Below, piece by piece: positions 30,619 through 42,034 of a stretch of DNA of 64,000 bases; within the stretch, counting starts at the first letter, position 1; each line of letters starts with the position of its first letter. Source of the DNA: Eledone cirrhosa (taxonomy: Eukaryota); contig OZ024742.1 in the NCBI GenBank assembly GCA_964016885.1, forward strand, positions 171,926,001 to 171,990,000, in the 5' to 3' direction. The position numbers were made by a program, and so were the translations under genes. The notes under the pieces were generated by a model that was not told the origin of the DNA, searched no databases, and worked only from the letters and a program-made list of their open reading frames with translations.

Positions 30619-30685
30619 TTATATGGAAAGATTTTAGTTGTCAAGAGGATTGGTTAAAATTTGGATTGGTTAAAATAGGATTGGT

Positions 30686-30901
30686 GGAAACCCGGTCCAG
30701 CGACATGCCACTACACTTTCGGGCCACATCTGGGACCTCCAAGATAATAATATAACCTACAATCTCACTTGGAGCTTACTGTCCAAAGCTAACTCTTACA
30801 CGGGAGAACGCCGTCCGTGTAACTTATGCTCGGAGGAAACATTACAAATGCTGTTTTCGAAGGACCAACTCCTAAACAAGAAAGACGAACTGGCAAACAG
30901 A
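30686..30901 (+). pseudogene. PLE GIY-YIG endonuclease relic, C-terminal half (Nematis-like by inference)
   Basis: Open frame GNPVQRHATTLSGHIWDLQDNNITYNLTWSLLSKANSYTGERRPCNLCSEETLQMLFSKDQLLNKKDELANR fits T.LS.HIW.L...W.I...Y...C.LC..E...LLNK..EL. Not in the ORF track (no start codon). Confidence 0.8.
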
Positions 30902-31644
30902 GATTGCGTAGGACTTCCCTCGCCCTCAAACCCCATAACGACCCGGGTGGGTAGACAAGTGCTTTAATCCCCTCCAGCCACACACACACACTTTCCGAAT
31001 ACTTTAGGGAAAACCCCAGCTTACATAGTTACATGTATCTCTTTTCTTTTCATATTTGTCTTCTTCCCCCTGTCTCATCCTATCACATCCTTCCACCCCT
31101 ATTTTCTTCCTCCTCTGCTTTTTTCCTCTTTCGCCTACCCCGATCCAGCCCATCTGGCCTCGGTAGCATAAGTTCCCCCACCCCTGTAATTTTAAGATAG
31201 AATTGGCCGAATACATTTTACTAACTACTTATAGCAGATGTGTTACAATTCCTTTAATTTTGTATCAGTTTTGTTACTAATTCTACAAGTTTTTTCTATT
31301 CTCAACTTCTTAACCTATAATTGTAAGATAGCATTCTGATTTTTTTCATTCATTTCTCACTATCTAATTTTATGTTTTTTTTAAATGTCTTTCTATTATC
31401 TGTTATTGTCTCCTACTCTCATTCGATTTACCTATTCTATAACCTCCCTCCTCCACTTCATACACTATCCTTAGAATCTGCTGTATACATATCACCTTCA
31501 ACGCTTCACCGCTCCACTCAGACCCATATTGTTCTACAGGCAAGTTCAGCCACCCCTACCTCCCACCAAATGCCATGATAAACTTATTTGTGTTTACAAC
31601 AAATTTTAACCAATCCTCTTGACAACTACAATCTTCTCATATAA

Positions 31645-31758
31645 GGAAGTACCCCCTTGACAAGTTCGGCTATTTATTCACCAGGCTAAATATTCTAATT
31701 TAGTCCGTCCAGAAATAGCCGTCGAAACGGCTTGAGCTCTGCCGTCGGGGTCATACTT

Positions 31759-31760
<2 letters not shown>
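31645..31760 (+). ncRNA. Type-I hammerhead ribozyme, U3-A8 core variant, GUC site (cut predicted after 31746)
   Basis: AGUA-C-CCCC-UUGACAA-G-UU-CGGCUAUUU...AAAUAGCCG-U-C-GAAA-CGGC-uugagcucu-GCCGUC-GGGG-uca-UACU; all three stems pair. Confidence 0.85.
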
Positions 31761-31816
<56 letters not shown>

Positions 31817-31859
31817 GTATATATAAGTAGAAACGACGTGTCAAAGTAACATTAACAAG

Positions 31860-32030
31860 GGCGGTTGTTTGGCAGTGTAGAGTTAGCAGCATAGAGTTAC
31901 GGCTCTTTACTACTTGAGTTTAAATCCCACCCATGTTAACTTTGCCTTTCATCTTTTCTGGGTCGATAAAATATAGTTCCAGTAACATACTGGTACAATT
32001 GCTGGCCTTGTGCCATAAGTAGAAATACTT
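31860..32030 (+). mobile_element. SINE (TTTGCCTTTCATCC family)
   Basis: GGCGGTTGTTTGGCAGT head...GTTAACTTTGCCTTTCATC...GCTGGCCTTGTGCC. Confidence 0.8.
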
Positions 32031-32039
32031 ACTAAGTTT

Positions 32040-32520
32040 ATACAGATGTAACGTGCGTTTCGCAATTGATCAGCCGAAGATGTGATCCTTATCGTCAGGC
32101 CGAACTCATGAAGCAATAGCTCATCAGGCTTTTGTTTAACCTAATGACGGTAGATATCCGCGTACATGCCTCAATGACAATTGGTAATTTAAACTGTACA
32201 CGTATATCTCCCGTCACTAATTAAAGTAAAAGGCTGATGAGGTCTTTATTACAGATTCAGTCCCGATTGAGATGGATTGCCTCTTGAGCTTCTCAAACAC
32301 GAAACGCGCGTCACAACTGATTAAAGTTGACGATGATACTTTGACTGTTTGTTCCTATTTATTATTCTTATTATTATAATCACTCAGCTTATGAAGGAAA
32401 CCGATTATAGTATATCACAAAAATGGATAACAGCACATAGTATACTGAAACGGACCCACCTATGCATCGAGTGATCAAGTTAGTGAACCAATAGTAACGT
32501 ACAGTAACAATCCATTAAAC
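32040..32520. mobile_element. Older PLE fold-back with a divergent HHR pair (32045-32130 -, 32228-32318 +)
   Basis: Minus CTGATGA-GC...GC-GAAAC-GCAC-GTT; plus CTGATGA-G...C-GAAAC-GCGC-GTC; imperfect inverted arms 32121-32166 / 32195-32240. Confidence 0.65.
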
Positions 32521-32552
<32 letters not shown>

Positions 32553-32799
32553 CGACATCATGTGCGAAGCACAAACTTACGATGCTCTGGGGGAATGTAT
32601 TCATAGAAGAAGTAGGATACACAAGTGCAGAAAATAACGTCAATTACACTCAGTTGCTATAAAATAGTTTATAAACATTGGTTAAATGAAGTTCCCAGTG
32701 GTCGCTATGAGCGATCCAACTTCATATCTCTCAGATAATGGTTGAGTGCTCTAGCGATTCACCTAAGGACCCACTAATGGTAATGTGCTGAATTACGCT

Positions 32800-32990
32800 C
32801 CCATCAGCAGGTAAAAAAATGAGGTGTATATGTGATTCAAAGGGCCAGCCGGGTCACATTCTCTCATGAGAATTATGTCACGGCTGTTGATGTCTTTGGG
32901 ATTCTAACATACTTACAAGTTAATTTCATGAGAAGGATGTTCCGTTGATCAAATGGAAGACTGTTAGTCGGAACCCACGTTCGTTCAACC
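32800..32990 (+). mobile_element. Degenerate SINE body (60140 family)
   Basis: GATTCAAAGGGCCAGCC...GTTAATTTCATGAGAAGGATGTTCCGTTGATC matches the reverse complement of 60140-60340. Confidence 0.55.
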
Positions 32991-33307
32991 CCCCTCGACA
33001 TACACACAGAGACATGAAAACAATCAATAAAAAAGATACTTAGGTCATTGTGTAACAGTATAGATTTAAATGTTGATTAATCAAATATACGGTTATTTAC
33101 GTTTTACCTTCTATAGAATATCTAATAGCTTCCGGTCATATAGAAATATCTATTGGTACGCAACAATGAATTGATTGGCTATACTGTTAGATACGTGAAA
33201 AGACCCACTCAACAAATACATCATGAATCAACCAGGCCCATCCCGTTCCAAATATCTATATATGTGTATATCTTTCTGTCTAAGAGGGCCTCCCTCCCAC
33301 ACACACA

Positions 33308-33353
<46 letters not shown>

Positions 33354-34205
33354 GTCCACGCTCGCGCTCACATGCACACATATATGTATATATATATAAT
33401 CGAAGAAATTGATGGAAGAGAAGCAAGCCGTTAAAATATATTTATAAGAAGCTTTATGTATGTATATATATATATATATATATATATTCAGTTATTCAGT
33501 ACCAACTTTGGCCTCATCTAGGTACAATTCTTGTCTGTCTGTTTCAGATTTTCAATGAGAAACGCTCTATATTGTAATAAATACCTATATACCACAATTG
33601 TTTACATAGATTGAGATCTATTCCATCTTTGGATATTTTCATCAAGTTACACTACACGTTGAATGTGTGTGTGTGTGGGGGGGGGGGGGGGGTATCGGGG
33701 CAGTGTGTTTGACTTTTTTAGAAATTTTCTGCGTTTAAACTAATACAGCCATTAAAAAAAAACTTACGTAATTGCTAAAAAAAAAAGCTTCTCTGTGACC
33801 TGCTGCAGGACAAAACTACTCAATGTTTTAAATATCTTTTCGCATCATTATGTCTGACATCGTATTCTTCATGTTTGCTGTCTAATGACTGAAGACAATG
33901 AAAACACAAAATGTTAATGACTGGTGAACGTTTGTGAATACAAACGTAATAGTGCGTACTCAATACATAAATTAATGTCTGAAGAACTGATCAGAAATTG
34001 AAACGTTGTAATGAGTTTCAAGTTGCTGCTTAATAAAATGAATAAAAGGATTAGGCTTAGTAATATAGAAACATATTGATAATCGGAAGATCATACGATT
34101 AGACACGAAGCGAAGACTATTTAACCATCCAAAATGTGCCAAACTTTCACACTAATACACACATACACGCAACGACAAATAAATAAATCAATAAATAAAT
34201 ATATA

Positions 34206-34272
<67 letters not shown>

Positions 34273-34405
34273 TTATATATTGAGAGAGTGGTGAACATAA
34301 TATCGTGACACAGATACATAGAATGCAGACAAGTAGACTGATAAACAGATACATAAACATGTATGCAAATATCTATACACATAAAGAAACTCACGGACAC
34401 GCAAC

Positions 34406-34436
<31 letters not shown>

Positions 34437-34437
34437 T

Positions 34438-34628
34438 GTAACAAAGAGGGTGTGGTAAGGGACCAGGTGGACTATAACGCAAAAGAGTACTCAATATTCA
34501 GGGTAATAGAGTGGGTAATAGGAAAAGAGTAAGGACTCCGATGGCTGAGCTCCGGCTGTTTCGACAACAATATCCGGATCTAGCTGTCGAAACGGTTGGA
34601 GCTCAGCTGTTGGGGTTCTGACTCTTTA
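34438..34628 (-). mobile_element. Minimal fold-back, family A subfamily 2 (tail + ~100-bp palindrome)
   Basis: Tail 34438-34525; AAAGAGTAAGGACTCCGATGGCTGAGCTCC...GGAGCTCAGCTGTTGGGGTTCTGACTCTTT; matches 40800-40920. Confidence 0.8.
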
Positions 34629-34695
34629 TATACATATATATTCCCAGATGAGCAAGAAATATGTCTACATGCAATCGTATATATACATAGATTAA

Positions 34696-34750
<55 letters not shown>

Positions 34751-35181
34751 AAAACGATATTGTCACATAGAATAATGTCTGCCAGCTGCGTGTTGTTGGC
34801 ATATTAAAGGAAGATCTCTAGAAATGGATGGGGTGGCTATCTGGTAGTTTAAACTAATCAATTATTCGGTATCTGACTTCCTATCAATCTGTCCTTGTCT
34901 TCTGCTTTTCTCGAAGATTCTCTTATTCTACAGATTATATCAATGCAGTGTAATCAATATTGACAATGTGTAAGCTGCTACTACATTAGCATTTTGGATT
35001 CTTACCAAAATGTCTCCCCAACGTATGGCTCTGTAGTTATACATTAGATGTTGTTCTTGTATTTTATATGTATGTTATTTTTAAAAATTATCCTTTTTTT
35101 ATTTGATTTACCTAACATTTGTTTCCCCTACTCTTTCTGTCTCTACATGCATCAAAATATGATATTTATACAGTTTACATA

Positions 35182-35237
<56 letters not shown>

Positions 35238-35286
35238 TATATATATGTGTAAACGGCAAAAATGAAACGAAATTTCATTTCCCATT

Positions 35287-35327
<41 letters not shown>

Positions 35328-35369
35328 TTGGGGAGGGCCATATTTATATATATATATATATATATATAT

Positions 35370-35783
<414 letters not shown>

Positions 35784-36630
35784 CTTACATGTCTACAATT
35801 CCTAATACTACAGCACCAGCTCTCGTATTCAATCGAGCATAACGTGAAAATATAGGCCATGTTTTGGTTAAGGGTTTTACCAACCCATACAGTGGTAAGC
35901 AGACACTAAATATTGTTCAAACCTTTCCAATTTTAAGGAACGGAAACTTAATCAGTTTACAGTTGGAGGAAAAGCGGTATGAACCAGTGTATGCAACTCC
36001 TTTATTTATCAACACCGAAAAGCATGAACAGTAAAGAACAACGGGAACGGATTTGAACCCAGAACACTGAGACCCAGACACATATCCAAGGTTCTGACTT
36101 ATATATAATATATAGGTAAATAGGTAAATGAGTGAGTGTGTAACCTTCCACTGAATATCTTAGATACTTATAATGCTTTACATCTTCTAACTGTTGCTTA
36201 TTAATGTATTTTTGACAATATATATATACAGACATATATATGTGTGTATCTGTGTCCGTGCAGAGAGGGGTGGGGTTAAATGCGAACAAATTAACAATGT
36301 CGTTAAAACGTCGGTTGAATGCTTTGCGTTTTCTTGGTTCGGCTCCCTTAAAACGACGAATTCTCAGTATGTTTTGCGAATGTCAAATCGGTATGTTTAT
36401 ATCGCCAAATACATTTTAAGTACATTACGGTTAAAATCATGTATTGAAGTGGCTTTGCATAAAGCTTGATTCCCATTGTCATAGTCTTATCCACAGAAAT
36501 TGAATGGCGACTCAACAAATTACCGACTTGTAGAAATATACTCAACAATCTGTATACATTAATCACATTTGTTTAGGCGCAACATTGACAAACACTATAT
36601 ATATATATGTATACATATATATACAAATAT

Positions 36631-36743
<113 letters not shown>

Positions 36744-37769
36744 TATATATAAGTATATATCTGTATATATATATATATATATATATACATCTATATATAA
36801 TGTCGTGACACCAATTAATGAAGTATTCACGAAAATACCTTAAAAAGGTTATGCTTTAAAGGTTTTTAGATTGAAATGAATAGTCGGTTAATTTGGAAAG
36901 AGGTTAGGCTATGTGGAAAGCAATACTTCATGATTTCATGATTTCATGAGATAAATAAACTGAGATTATAAACAGAACTACTCATGAAATCTGTTTGTTT
37001 ATATCAGTGTTTGATAAACTCTTGTCTTTGTTGGCAGTCTTTATATATTTGTCTCTCCCTATATATATGAATACAAACATACATACATATAAATACACGT
37101 ATACATATATATAATTATATGTTTACATATATAGACCCCATATATATACGTTTGTATGTATGTGTATCATATATATGTGTAAATATGCATACGCGTATGT
37201 AAATACTGTTTTTATACTTCACTCCATATATCGTATTTCCATTGTTTTCGTCACAAATTGTTCTTTTAATAAACACAAATAGACGCAATTCTGTCTACCA
37301 CTCTCTGTATTATTCACTCTTTCCTCATGTATCTCTCGCTTCCTTATATATACACAAACACACGTAAGTCAGTCACTCTCTCCCCTCTATTTCTCTCTAC
37401 CTCAAAATAGATTTCTCCTCTGCCATCTCTTCAGTTTAGTAATCACCCCCATACCTCATTCTTCATCGCTCTATTACTCTTTTACTTCTGTAAAATGTGG
37501 AACGTGCTTTTATCTGTCACCGTATTACCAATGTTTTGAAATGTTTGTATCATATATAAAATATATATAGTGTAATTTGATAAAGAGTATCTAAATTTGG
37601 AAGAGCACTCAATTCATGTGACTAGTGGTGGTATTGGGATATTTGTGAATGAAGACCCCCTCTTTGATATAATTCTGAAAGAAGCAGCCCAAAAGATTTG
37701 TGTGCCTAAAATGACAGCATATTGTAATAAATATCTATATATTTATTGAATATCTAAATAAATAATATA

Positions 37770-38150
37770 TGGTGCAACACCTTGTCGGCTATTGCCTTTC
37801 TCTTGGACAACAGCGGAGGCGCGGAAAGGGGAGGGCAGTATACATCAGCGATTTCTGATTTTCCACAAACAGCGTTACATAGACATGTAACTCGGAGGGG
37901 AAAATTGTAGGTACAAATACCATTGTCATTCGTCCATCAGCAGTCGCTCATGCATACCCCTCTCCCCGCCTCCGATGTTGTCCAAGAGAAAGGTAATAAC
38001 CGAGACAGTTTTGCAGCAATGACGTCACTAATCATTACTATATCAGAGTAAACTGGAGTAACGTGAAATAAACTGTCCTAGTCAACGATACAACGCATCG
38101 CGTGGTCAAGGAATCGAACTCACAACCTCACGATTGCAAGCCAAATCCTG
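37770..38150. mobile_element. Two oppositely oriented SINE pieces
   Basis: TTGCCTTTCTCTTGGACAACAGCGGAGGCG (+) versus CGCCTCCGATGTTGTCCAAGAGAAAGGTAA (-); tRNA-head remnant GGAATCGAACTCACAACC at ~38110. Confidence 0.7.
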
Positions 38151-40670
38151 TTTCTTTCCAGCAAGTCGAACAACGAGAATGGAGTAGTCGCGTCACACAG
38201 GAGGTCAAATGTCAATATATTTTAAACGGAGACGCAAATTCTTTTCTGAAAATATTTACTAGTATTTGCTTTGTGTCCGTCTTGCCCCAGGTTAGCTAGA
38301 GCCAGATCAAATCAATGTATCATTTTCTTCAAACAAACTGACCTTCTGTCCATCCTCACTGCAGTACTGACACCACTAAATAGTGTTGGGAATGAGAGCG
38401 ACAGAATTGTGCAGCAGTGTGACACTTCAAATGTCTTGAGTAAATATCCCTGTACATAACCGCTTCGGAATCTGACGACCAACAGAGTTATTGGCCTTTG
38501 TATCTGTAATGAAATGGTCATACGTCCCCATCTATTATGAAATCGACAACATGTCAGTACTTGTATTCGTGAGTCTAATGGTCATTCGGACATCTATATC
38601 TGAATGTAACATACGGCTAGTTTGCTTCATAAATAGTTGCTTAGTTAAAATGCTTAGCAAAATCACACATTACCAATTCATATATGTGCCACCAATTTCT
38701 GAAGCTTTAAGTAGGTTATGGTAAGACGTACTGCCTTTATATGTAGCAGCTTATGTTACCACTGACGCCTGCACTGCACGGAATTTCCCGTCATTTATGA
38801 TGTTCAAGACACAACATCTATAACACCTATGGTTGGTATTCCTTCTACGAAGTCTTCTATTGGTCACACTATCTCAAAATATGTATATTTGCGACTGGAG
38901 AGCGCCTGCGAACAAATTATCTCCGATAACATTCCAATAAGTTACTCATTTGATAATGTAATGAGAAATTGATATGTGCTAAAAAGAAAAAAAAGTTGGC
39001 AAATTATCTGAATTTCCGATAAACTAGTCTTAAGATCCAAGATCGATGATTTACAAAGACACGTTTTATTTTCATTTCCGCCTCTTACACTAGGTCAATA
39101 TATTTTGGATATATTTTCCGTCGTAACAAATATAATATAAACTTGTTTTGATGGGATTAAAAAGACTCACACACACAGAAACACACACATGATCACAGAA
39201 ATTTACGGACATACGTGCTTATGTGTGTATTTATCGATTCGTTATCAATTTATGTAATACGAATAAATATTCACATTTTATATATAACCACAGACATATA
39301 TATCTATATATCTATATATAATGTGTGTGTATAATCGCTTATTCACAAAATATCACGGCCTTCCTCTTTCACTCAATTTAATTACTTACTGTTCTTTGAC
39401 CTTCTAATTATTGATCACTATGTAATCGATTGTATCTATTTAAGTAAACGTCTCTATGACTATCTATTTAATCATTTAATAACCATTCTAGATATTGAGT
39501 CGCATAGACCGACAGAATGAGCCACGTAACAGTTCTGTTGTTGCTTAAATATGTCTGGTGAATTGGAAGAGTCGTCAAAGCCCCTAATGAAATGCCCCGC
39601 ATATTTCGGCTGCCTTTGTGCAACCTGGGATCAAACCTTACCGAGTTCAATTTTGCCTTTCATCCTTACGGTGTCTTTAGATAAAGTAACTGTCAGAATT
39701 GATGGGAGTCGAACACAGTTCTCACACCCACCCCCATTCATAAACCCACTCATTTATGTATAATCATATATTTAGAACCCACCGTAATATATATTTGTGT
39801 GGCCTTCATGATTACACAATTCTGTTTGCAATCACAAACACGACTTCATCATAGAGAATCTCAAAAAGGTTGTTATGTAACATTCCTATTTCAATATCGG
39901 TTATCGATAAGGGGAAGAATCGATACCATGTTTGTTGTTCCGTAGCCAGTCCTCTTACTTATTGTGGTTACCCCCAATCGGAGGTAACCAGAGTAAGTAA
40001 GGTGATCAAATTTAATATAGAAATGGGACGACGCCACCGACAAATTCTATGTGCTGTAATTGCATAAAGGGGTAATAATGATGTGAACTACTACACCCCT
40101 GTCAAATTAATAATGGCTGAATTGGGCATTGAAAAATTATTTAATTCATATATTGATTTGAAGTCTAATATTACATATTTCACTTCGATTGATATCATAA
40201 TTTTTCGTCTATTTCCCTGTCAAAATGGATTATACTGGACCTCACAGACCAACTCAATATTTAGGCGTTGCTACTAGGTCCTGGACTTGCATCTCGGTTA
40301 GAACAGTTCCTGCGTTCGGCAGAGAGCCACGAGTAAGAAGGAAGACTGGCTTGAGGATGCCAAGCAACTCAGGCGTGCACGCATGGCATTAAGAGTGATT
40401 TTATCCCATACAATTATCTATGAGCTGTAAAAACGGTAAACTTCAAAGGGTTAAAAAAACAAACAAAAAAAACAAACAAACCAGACAAAGAATATATTTT
40501 TGGCATGTACGAATCAAAGAGGGTAGCATAGTGTTTAAGTTAAGTTTGCTTTCTTACACCGTCTCCCTTATATTGCGGCTTGTTTAGCCCCCTCCCCACA
40601 CCCACGAGGGTAGTTAACTATGTACACTACCTCCCAGATCACTGAACACTGCCCGTGACAGACAAGAAAA

Positions 40671-41049
40671 ACAACAAACCTTTAGGATGTTTTGCTTAGA
40701 TTTTGTTGCTTTTTTTGCTTTGACTGCATGTCCATATATGGACTCTGCCCCTTGATAAGTTAAGCTAGATTCCCGCCGTTCTTATACTGTTGGCTTAGTT
40801 CGGATCTAGCTGTCGAAACGGTCAGAGCTCAGCCGTCGGGGTCCTGAATCTTTTCATATATATATATAAAGAGTCAGGACCCCAATGGCTGAGCTCCGGC
40901 CGTTTCGACCGCTAGATCCGAACTAAGCAGTAGTATTAGAACGGCGGGAATCTAGGTGAACTCATCAAGGAGTACAGTCCATATATGGACATGCAGTCAA
41001 AGCAAAAAAAGCAACAAAATCTTAGCAAAAAATCCTAAAAGTTTGTAGT
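40671..41049. mobile_element. Convergent pair of family A (subfamily 2) pseudo-LTRs around a 12-nt TA spacer
   Basis: 40671-40855 is the imperfect reverse complement of 40868-41049. Confidence 0.85.
40745..40850 (+). ncRNA. Type-I hammerhead, U3-A8 variant (UUGAUAA), GUC site (cut predicted after 40837)
   Basis: GCCCC-UUGAUAA-G-UUA-AGCUAGAU...AUCUAGCU-GU-C-GAAA-CGGU-cagagcuca-GCCGUC-GGGGU. The minus copy (40875-40975) has UUGAUGA and an AUU triplet and is probably impaired. Confidence 0.8.
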
Positions 41050-41599
41050 AGCAGAGCACTCAGTCCATGGGACGAGTTTGCTAGAAGCATTGCCACAACA
41101 GTCCTTTCAGCATACCAATAACAGACATTTCACCCTATTCGCATCCTCAGCTCGGTCTAAGTCGAGTTGAGGATCCGAATAAGGGGAAACATTCGTTCTC
41201 GAAATGGTGAACTGTTGTGGAACTACTTCTATATATATACATAAATGTAGCCACCCTGAAAACGAAAGTGAGAAATGCAAACTATACACACACTTATATT
41301 ATATTGCTTTAGCCAAGTGATATACAGTGTTTTATTATCGGTCCTTCTGACAATTATATATTAATATATTAATCCTTACACAGGCGAAGGCCCTTACATA
41401 TATATGTACCCGTATATGTGCGCGCGAAATGTATGCCTGTTATAAATATATTCCAATGTATTTTAATTATGCCCTCACACAGGCATACGAGTGATTGAAT
41501 CTTAAATTATTTATGCTTTATTTCTTCATCTTCATTGAACCTATCATTTTAAATTCTTTAACTTTGAATCGAAATGCCTAATAAAAGAAGAACCAAGAA

Positions 41600-41752
41600 G
41601 AACGATCGACTTTCGTCAAATCCGACCGAGGGAACAATGTTTCTTAAAGTGACTTGCTCAAGGACATAACGCATCGCCTGGTCCTGGAATCGAACTCCCA
41701 ACCTTACGATTGCGAATCCAATTCTCTAACCACTCAGCCACACGCCTTCACT
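41600..41752 (-). mobile_element. Internally deleted copy of the 10610/27850 SINE
   Basis: 3' end GAACGATCGACTTTCG...GAACAATGTTTC is joined directly to the head region. Confidence 0.8.
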
Positions 41753-42034
41753 ATGCCTCATAAAGGCAATTGATAATACGTGTTATTTTATTTATTTCGT
41801 GTCAAATTTTGGAAAACTTCCCGCCAATTCTAAAAGAGAAACCTATAAACAAGATAGAAAAATTTATTTATTCTATATTTAGTTATTTATTAGAAAACAT
41901 GGTTATGAGGTCAAGTAGAATATTAATCTCGATACTAAGAATCTAGTTGGAAAGAAAATCCCTCCAAGACACGAAGCGTAGAAGAGAAAAGTACTTCGTT
42001 TGAAAATTGATCTCGATTGAATCTATGTATATTT

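Larger units (their letters stand above)
30423..31762 (+). mobile_element. Penelope-like element relic, family A: inverted tailed pseudo-LTR + EN C-terminus + 3' UTR + pseudo-LTR
   Basis: 30505-30663 is inverted at ~31600-31762; HHR in both arms; GIY-YIG C-terminal peptide between them; (TA)n flanks. Confidence 0.9.

Noticed and set aside
33975-34015. HHR-like CTGAAGA...GAAACGTT
   Set aside because: Stem II and stem I pair poorly and no inverted partner is seen; at most a decayed relic.
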